DNA from: Candidatus Scalinduaceae bacterium
GTDB lineage: Bacteria; Planctomycetota; Brocadiia; Brocadiales; Scalinduaceae
Direction of reading: 5' to 3'
Length of the DNA: 64,000 nucleotides
Assembly (NCBI GenBank): GCA_046759445.1
Contig: JBHICG010000008.1
Location: 1 to 64,000 of the forward strand
Positions 58,190 to 64,000 of this stretch are shown one piece after another (within the stretch, counting starts at the first letter, position 1; each line of letters begins with the position of its first letter). A program made the translations under genes and the position numbers. Below the pieces are notes generated by a model. That model had not been told where the DNA came from. It saw only the letters and a list, made by a program, of their open reading frames with translations, and did no database searches.

Positions 58190-58858
58190 TTAGTGAATTG
58201 TCTTATTATTAGAATCTTTTCTCTTAAACTCAATGTTTTGCATTAATTCTTTGACCTCATCATCTGTTGTTTGCTCAAAATCATAGTAAAAGTTTCCGAT
58301 TGCAAGAAAGATTTCAGGTATTTCCAAACAGATAATTTCGTCTGAAAGAGACTTCAGCTTCAGAAATGTTTCCTCGGGAGATAACGGTATAGCCACAACC
58401 AATTTTTTTAAACCTTCCTCATTAAGCGCCTTTATCGCAGCTATCATGGTAAAACCAGTTGCAACACCGTCGTCAACGAGTATTATGATTTTATCCTTCA
58501 TGGAAGGTAGTTTCTTACCTCCTCGATAAGCGATTAAGCGTCTTTCAATCTCAGCCTTTTGTCTACTTATTTCTTCATCTAAATAACTTTGCGGAATATT
58601 ATATCTTGTTACAATACTGTCATTAAGTTCTAATTTACCATTTTCTGAAATCGCTCCAATTGCAAATTCTGATTCTCCAGGAAAACCTATCTTGTGGGTT
58701 ATAATTACATCTAGAGGCGCACCAATCTTTTTTGCTATTTCGGCACCAACAACAACACCCCCTCTAGGTAAAGCTATTACGATTACGTCTTTTTCACCAC
58801 TATATTTAGCTAAATTTTCAGCTAATTTAATTCCTGCTTCTCTTCTGTCTTGAAACAC
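58190..58858 (-). CDS. Phosphoribosyltransferase-family protein
   Basis: FQDRREAG, LPRGGV, LVDDGVATG, FYYDFEQ. Confidence 0.9.
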   Translation of the reverse strand: MFQDRREAGIKLAENLAKYSGEKDVIVIALPRGGVVVGAEIAKKIGAPLDVIITHKIGFPGESEFAIGAISENGKLELNDSIVTRYNIPQSYLDEEISRQKAEIERRLIAYRGGKKLPSMKDKIIILVDDGVATGFTMIAAIKALNEEGLKKLVVAIPLSPEETFLKLKSLSDEIICLEIPEIFLAIGNFYYDFEQTTDDEVKELMQNIEFKRKDSNNKTIH

Positions 58859-59014
58859 TTATAATAATCCTTATATTTATGGCCTGCAAAGTAAATAAGA
58901 TATATAATAATTCTTACTCGTAATACTCGTAATATAAACAGTTTATTTTTAATTATCTATAAAAAACAGAAAACTTATCCATATTTAAGTTAGTAGATGG
59001 AGGATATTTCTGTT

Positions 59015-59287
59015 TTACAACTTTCCCGTTAATATTAAAATGCCCACGGATATAAATGCAACTGCGGATAGATACTTTATGAGATCTATGGGTACTACCT
59101 TTGTTATTACAACACCAAATGTCACACCTATTATGGTTACTACGGCAAAAGCAATCATGGATCCTATAAAAACAGTAAAAGGATTGTTTGTCTTGCTCGT
59201 CATTATAATTGCTGCTATTTGTGTCTTATCGCCAAGTTCTGCAAGGAAGATTGCTGAAAATGTTGCTAAAAATATTTTCCAATCCAT
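59015..59287 (-). CDS. TMEM165/GDT1 (UPF0016) family protein, single repeat
   Basis: FLAELGDKTQIA motif and 3 TMs. Confidence 0.9.
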   Translation of the reverse strand: MDWKIFLATFSAIFLAELGDKTQIAAIIMTSKTNNPFTVFIGSMIAFAVVTIIGVTFGVVITKVVPIDLIKYLSAVAFISVGILILTGKL

Positions 59288-59566
59288 GATAGTTCCTTTC
59301 TTTTAGTAAGTTATATGTTAAATTATTATGAAGGGTGATGGATATATTTATAGATTACCTATGGAAATTATAACTATATAGGAATACTTCAAAATTTATT
59401 GTTTAATTTCAGTGTTTTCTATAAATTTATTATATGATTTATTAATGTCATTTTGAATATAATAATTATGCATGTTTAAAATGAAAATTATTCTATCGAA
59501 TTAAATTCGGGCATGTGGAAAGGGAGATAATTTATTATTTCTTATTCAAGACATAAGCTATTATTA

Positions 59567-60088
59567 ATGACGTTTCTTATAGAGTGTGTTGCCTTAATAG
59601 TAGCTTTGTTTCTGGCAAGTTTTTTTGATGTTAAATTGCTCCCTTTAACTGAGAACATTTTACGTGATATCCTGATAGGCACTCTTGGGGCAGTGTTTCC
59701 TCTGGTTATATTCGTTCTTTTACTCTCTGAGAAGTCGGAAAATATTCCCTTTATGGGTTCACTTAGAAAGACTGTTATAAATGATATAAAGGTGATATTT
59801 TCTAACACTAAATTATTGGACATATGCCTGATTTCAGTTCTTGCCGGTTTTGCTGAGGAGATGTTATTTAGGGGGGTAATTCAGGTCAAATTAGGTATCA
59901 TTGTGGCGAGCATAATCTTTGGACTTCTACATTTTATAACCCCCGCTTATTGTGTTATCGCTACAATAATGGGATTATATATAGGATTGTTATTCCAGTA
60001 TTACCAGAGTCTTCTTATACCTATTCAATTGCATTTTATATATGATTTGGGAGCGCTGGTATATCTGAGATATTATGTAAGGACATAG
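59567..60088 (+). CDS. CPBP (CAAX/Abi) intramembrane metalloprotease
   Basis: AEEMLFRG, FGLLH, H..YD. Confidence 0.88.
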   Translation: MTFLIECVALIVALFLASFFDVKLLPLTENILRDILIGTLGAVFPLVIFVLLLSEKSENIPFMGSLRKTVINDIKVIFSNTKLLDICLISVLAGFAEEMLFRGVIQVKLGIIVASIIFGLLHFITPAYCVIATIMGLYIGLLFQYYQSLLIPIQLHFIYDLGALVYLRYYVRT

Positions 60089-60366
60089 ACAAACGTGCCA
60101 AAATCATTGATTATTTTGAATCTCACATTGTAATACAAAAGATGGTTATTTATTCAATATAATGTGGAAAAACGTTAAACATTAAATATAATTTTACTTT
60201 AGTAAAGGATGATTTGTTACTTATGCCGTAATCTTATTATTGACATGTTTGGAGAGGTTGTTTTCATAAGATTATGACCCATTAGGAAAAAGCATAAAAA
60301 ACTATGCGATAATAAAGGATGGATTGTAGATAAGAATAAAAGAAAATTTGAAAAGGAGGAATAATA

Positions 60367-60534
60367 ATGGACATTCTTAAACAAGTTGGCGAACTAAAGG
60401 AATTTCTGGGCAGCGTATATTGTTTCTTAGAAGAAAATGAGGATAAATTTGAAGATTCAAGCGAGTATGAAGAAATTAAGACGAAGACATGGGATTGGCA
60501 GCAAGAACTGGCAAAGTTCCTACCTGACATGTAG
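60367..60534 (+). CDS. Small acidic hypothetical protein (55 aa; not in the ORF track)
   Basis: AAGGAGG RBS then MDILKQVGELKEFLGSVYCFLEENEDKFEDSSEYEEIKTKTWDWQQELAKFLPDM*. Confidence 0.7.
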   Translation: MDILKQVGELKEFLGSVYCFLEENEDKFEDSSEYEEIKTKTWDWQQELAKFLPDM

Positions 60535-60628
60535 ATTGAAATTCAGTTATATACAATTATGTGAAATCGAGTCAACGAATAATATTTTACATTATAGAAG
60601 ATAATTTTTTCATGCTGAGGTGTGATCT

Positions 60629-62314
60629 ATGACAAGGCCGATGTTCTATGAAGAACGACCGGAATTTCCCATAAGGGCATACACTGGCACTGTACTGCAC
60701 TGTAAAAACTGGGATAGCGAAGCTGCGCTGAGGATGCTTATGAATAACCTGGATCCCAATGTGGCAATACAACCAGAGGAGCTTATTGTTTATGGAGGCA
60801 CAGGCAGGGCGGCGAGAAATTGGAGGGAGTATAACAGGATTGTCAAGGCATTAAAGAGCCTCAAAGATGATGAAACGCTGTGCATACAGTCAGGGAAACC
60901 CGTTTATGTCGCACAAACCTATGAACGGGCTCCCAGGGTTGTCATTGCAAATGCAAATATTGTCCCCGAATGGGCTACTCAGGATAATTTTGAAAGATAC
61001 GATGAGATGGGCTTAATAATGTATGGACAGATGACGGCTGGTAGCTGGATATATATCGGTACACAGGGGATAATACAGGGCACCTATGAGACGTTTGCAG
61101 CCCTTGGGAAAAAGGAGTTTGATTCTGCTTCTTTGAAGGGGAAATTTATTTTAACAGCCGGAATGGGTGGCATGAGTGGGGCCCAACCGCTTGCAGTTAC
61201 CATGAATGAGGGCGTAATACTGGATGTGGAAGTAAGGAGAGAAAGGATACAAAGGAAAGTAGATGAAGGATATTGTGACAGGATTACGGATAATATAGAT
61301 GAGGCATTGGAATGGGTAATGGATGCCAGGGAAAAGGAGTTTCCGCTTTCGGTGGGATTGGTAGGCAATGCTGCAGACGTTCACCCTGAGTTGGTAAGGA
61401 GGGATGTTATTCCAGATATTGTTACAGACCAGACTCCAGCCCATGACATATATTCTTATGTGCCAGTAGGTGACTTAGTCGAACTTGATGAGCTTCGCCA
61501 AAAAGATAAAGGAGAATATAAAAAGAGGGCATTGGATTCTGTTTACGCCCACACCAATGCGATATTGGAGATGCAAGAAAAGGGCGCTATATGTTTTGAT
61601 TATGGGAATAATTTACGCGGACAAGCTGAATCAGCGGGTGTTAGGATTAGGAGAGAAGATGGCAAATTTAAGTATCCTGGTTTTGTACCCGCCTATATAC
61701 GTCCACTTTTTTGTGAGGGAAAAGGCCCTTTTAGGTGGGCGGCATTGTCTGGTGATAAAGTTGATATTGAGGAGATAGACAATGAATTGCTTAAAACATT
61801 TCCGGAAGATTTATCACTTGTTAGATGGATAAAACTTGCTAAGGAGAAAATTCCAACGCTGGGATTACCTGCAAGAATATGCTGGTTGGGGTATAGAGAT
61901 AGAGCAGAATTCGGCTTGGTTATAAATAACAAGGTGAAGAATGGCAAGGTAAAGGCGCCAATTGTGATTGGGAGAGACCATCTTGACTGTGGTTCTGTCG
62001 CTTCTCCGTATAGAGAAACTGAAGATATGAAGGATGGGAGCGATGCCATAGCTGATTGGCCTCTCATTAATTTTGCCCTAAATACCATAGCAGGCGCAAG
62101 CTGGGTAAGCTTTCATCATGGGGGAGGAGTGGGCATTGGTAACTCGCTACATGCTGGTATGGTGATAGTCGCAGATGGGACAAGAGAAAGAGACAAAAGG
62201 CTTGAGAGGGTATTAACGGTAGATCCTGGCATTGGCATTGCCAGACACGTGGATGCCGGTTATGAAAGGGCAAAGGATATTGCAATTGAAAAAGAAGTAA
62301 AAATTCCTGATTGA
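60629..62314 (+). CDS. hutU: Urocanate hydratase
   Basis: [43 protein letters not shown]. Confidence 0.97.
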   Translation: MTRPMFYEERPEFPIRAYTGTVLHCKNWDSEAALRMLMNNLDPNVAIQPEELIVYGGTGRAARNWREYNRIVKALKSLKDDETLCIQSGKPVYVAQTYERAPRVVIANANIVPEWATQDNFERYDEMGLIMYGQMTAGSWIYIGTQGIIQGTYETFAALGKKEFDSASLKGKFILTAGMGGMSGAQPLAVTMNEGVILDVEVRRERIQRKVDEGYCDRITDNIDEALEWVMDAREKEFPLSVGLVGNAADVHPELVRRDVIPDIVTDQTPAHDIYSYVPVGDLVELDELRQKDKGEYKKRALDSVYAHTNAILEMQEKGAICFDYGNNLRGQAESAGVRIRREDGKFKYPGFVPAYIRPLFCEGKGPFRWAALSGDKVDIEEIDNELLKTFPEDLSLVRWIKLAKEKIPTLGLPARICWLGYRDRAEFGLVINNKVKNGKVKAPIVIGRDHLDCGSVASPYRETEDMKDGSDAIADWPLINFALNTIAGASWVSFHHGGGVGIGNSLHAGMVIVADGTRERDKRLERVLTVDPGIGIARHVDAGYERAKDIAIEKEVKIPD

Positions 62315-62405
62315 CTTTTACAAAAAGATTTGTTATTTTGAGAAATCTAAATTGTAATCATTACTGTATAATAATTAATTTATTTTAAAAGAAAGGAGAA
62401 CAGAC

Positions 62406-63008
62406 ATGAGTGTATTAGTTACTAAGGAAGCGCCAGATTTTACGGCTGCTGCTGTGTTACCAGATGGTACCATCAAGGAAGACTTTAAGTTGTCTGATCT
62501 GAAGGGCAAATACGTAGTGATTTTCTTCTATCCTCTGGACTTCACATTTGTGTGTCCGACAGAGATAATTGCTCACGACAAGCGAATTGATGAATTTAAG
62601 AAACGAGACGTAGAAGTAGTATGTGTATCTATCGATTCACAGTTCACACACTTTTCCTGGCGAAATACGCCTGTAAAAAAAGGTGGTATTGGTTCGATAC
62701 GATTCCCGATGGTAGCGGATGTTAAACACGAAATTGCACAGGCATATGGGATTGAATATACTGATGCTGGTGTTGCATTGCGTGCATCATTTCTGATTGA
62801 CAAAGACGGTATTGTTCAGCATCAGGTAGTTAACAATCTTCCTCTCGGAAGGAATGTCGATGAGATGCTTCGTGTAGTTGATGCCTTACAATTTCATGAG
62901 CAGCATGGAGAAGTCTGCCCTGCAGGCTGGCATAAGGGTGAGGATGGAATGAAACCAACGGCAGATGGTGTGGCTGAATATCTATCTGCTCATTCAGGAA
63001 AGCTGTGA
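62406..63008 (+). CDS. 2-Cys peroxiredoxin (AhpC/TSA family)
   Basis: FYPLDFTFVCPTE and GEVCPAGW. Confidence 0.95.
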   Translation: MSVLVTKEAPDFTAAAVLPDGTIKEDFKLSDLKGKYVVIFFYPLDFTFVCPTEIIAHDKRIDEFKKRDVEVVCVSIDSQFTHFSWRNTPVKKGGIGSIRFPMVADVKHEIAQAYGIEYTDAGVALRASFLIDKDGIVQHQVVNNLPLGRNVDEMLRVVDALQFHEQHGEVCPAGWHKGEDGMKPTADGVAEYLSAHSGKL

Positions 63009-63247
63009 ATGGTGAATGGGGAGCAAACAATGACAAGCGTCCGTAAAGGCTAAAGAAATTGTGGTAGACGAAGCACACGATTTATCTATGAGTCCTCAAG
63101 AGATGGGGGTCGTCATGCAAGAACTCTTGAAGGATTTTTGAAAAGATATTTTTAAACAGTAAGCATAAGAGGAATATAGGATCACCTATTTGTGTGACCC
63201 TATTTGTGACCCCGAATGATTAGTTAGGATTCCGGGGTGCTTTGCAA

Positions 63248-63553
63248 TCATGGAAAGTTAAAGACGGCTCCGGAAGTATCCCGATACGTCTTAAAAGATG
63301 GGTGATTCAAATATGAATAGAGTGCATTGATTCCTGTGTATGGAACACCTAATACCGCCATACTGTCGAAGAACGCTGGTCAATCGTCGTGGTGTTGCCC
63401 CCATCTCGATCCATTTGGATAAAACTTACCAGCGCGATATCCATAACCGCGATTGTCGCTATTAGACATCTCATCGTTGTAGCGGATAGTCCAATTATAC
63501 CATAAATCAATAAATCCGTACGATTTAGACAATTCTATTAATGCAGGATCCAT
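63248..63553 (-). pseudogene. Cassette-like hypothetical gene with an in-frame TGA
   Basis: 57 codons, TGA at 63380-63382, then 43 more in-frame codons. Lies downstream of the attC and is followed by a CCTAAC (R''-like) motif. Confidence 0.45.
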
Positions 63554-63646
63554 GACTATTTCTTTCTAGTTTAGGGTTATCATCTGAAAAAGCCTAATGC
63601 GGTAGGGAGCGATAGTTCAGCTCCGCATTCGGGAGAGCGCAGCGCG

Positions 63647-63705
63647 ACCTAACGCCCTGGGTAAGCCGCGCAGTCTTCCGCATCGGCTTGACCCCGATGT
63701 TAGGC
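63647..63705 (-). mobile_element. Integron attC site (59-base element)
   Basis: Minus strand GCCTAAC...TCAAGCCG...CGGCTTAC...GTTAGGT, 59 bp, 7 nt after the cassette gene stop. Confidence 0.8.
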
Positions 63706-63712
63706 AGTTCAC

Positions 63713-64000
63713 TCAACACCAAGAGACAAAGCGATTACCGAACTTTTCTTTAACCTCTTCATGATTCTCGACAAAATCCAAAATATCATCCGAATGCACC
63801 TTCTTAAAGTATACCCCCTCTTTTAGTGCAGTATCTATCTCTTCTTTTGAGATTTCTAGTTCAAGCAAGTCTAAGATTTCACTAATTATTTTTTGCTTGT
63901 CTGTCAGAAAATCTTCGTAACATAGTGGATAGGCTTGAATTCCTGCCAACTTAAACTCTTCCATTAATTGATGCTTGTGGGTAAGAATCTTCTCGCATTT
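63713..64000 (-). CDS. 3' part of a cassette gene, possibly sulfotransferase-like (continues beyond the window)
   Basis: Frame is open to the window edge; CYEDF...ILDLL motif resembles a sulfotransferase C-terminus. Confidence 0.55.
   Translation of the reverse strand, partial: KCEKILTHKHQLMEEFKLAGIQAYPLCYEDFLTDKQKIISEILDLLELEISKEEIDTALKEGVYFKKVHSDDILDFVENHEEVKEKFGNRFVSWC

Noticed and set aside
63380..63382. Selenocysteine read-through of the in-frame TGA
   Set aside because: There is no redox-motif context and no recognisable SECIS. A TGG>TGA nonsense mutation in a decaying cassette is simpler.

Overview
This is an AT-rich bacterial chromosome segment. A TPR protein carrying RNA-polymerase alpha-CTD-like domains, a fused SecDF and the rpsP-trmD-rplS order without rimM suggest a planctomycete, possibly an anammox (Brocadiae) organism; this is inferred and cannot be verified here. 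1-22 kb is mostly housekeeping: decayed toxin-antitoxin genes, tatD-radical SAM, rplS/trmD/rpsP/ffh, murA, tRNA-Thr, kdsA, ruvAB, queH, tgt, yajC and secDF. 21-29 kb holds three copies of a 159-bp MITE, other MITE/REP debris, a RAYT-like transposase remnant and an Fe-S/NO-stress-like operon. About 31.3-51 kb is an accessory region separating hydantoinase A from hydantoinase B. It carries a WYL regulator, a ~700-bp duplication bracketing a toxin-antitoxin-like pair, a type I-B CRISPR-Cas locus (cas8b with an internal cas11 start, oversized cas7, cas5, cas3, cas6, cas1, cas2, cas4) and a 29-repeat array. The most unusual signal is three four-helix-bundle (TIGR02436/23S-IVS/Avd-like) genes flanked by short-period micro-repeat arms. 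'Empty' hairpins made of the same hexamer arms punctuate the cas operon, and two CRISPR spacers are themselves made of periodic 8-mers. 51-63 kb is metabolic (radical SAMs, trpD, hutU, peroxiredoxin). The window ends in integron-type gene cassettes with a 59-bp attC site. All calls come from reading the sequence and recognising motifs; no searches were run.
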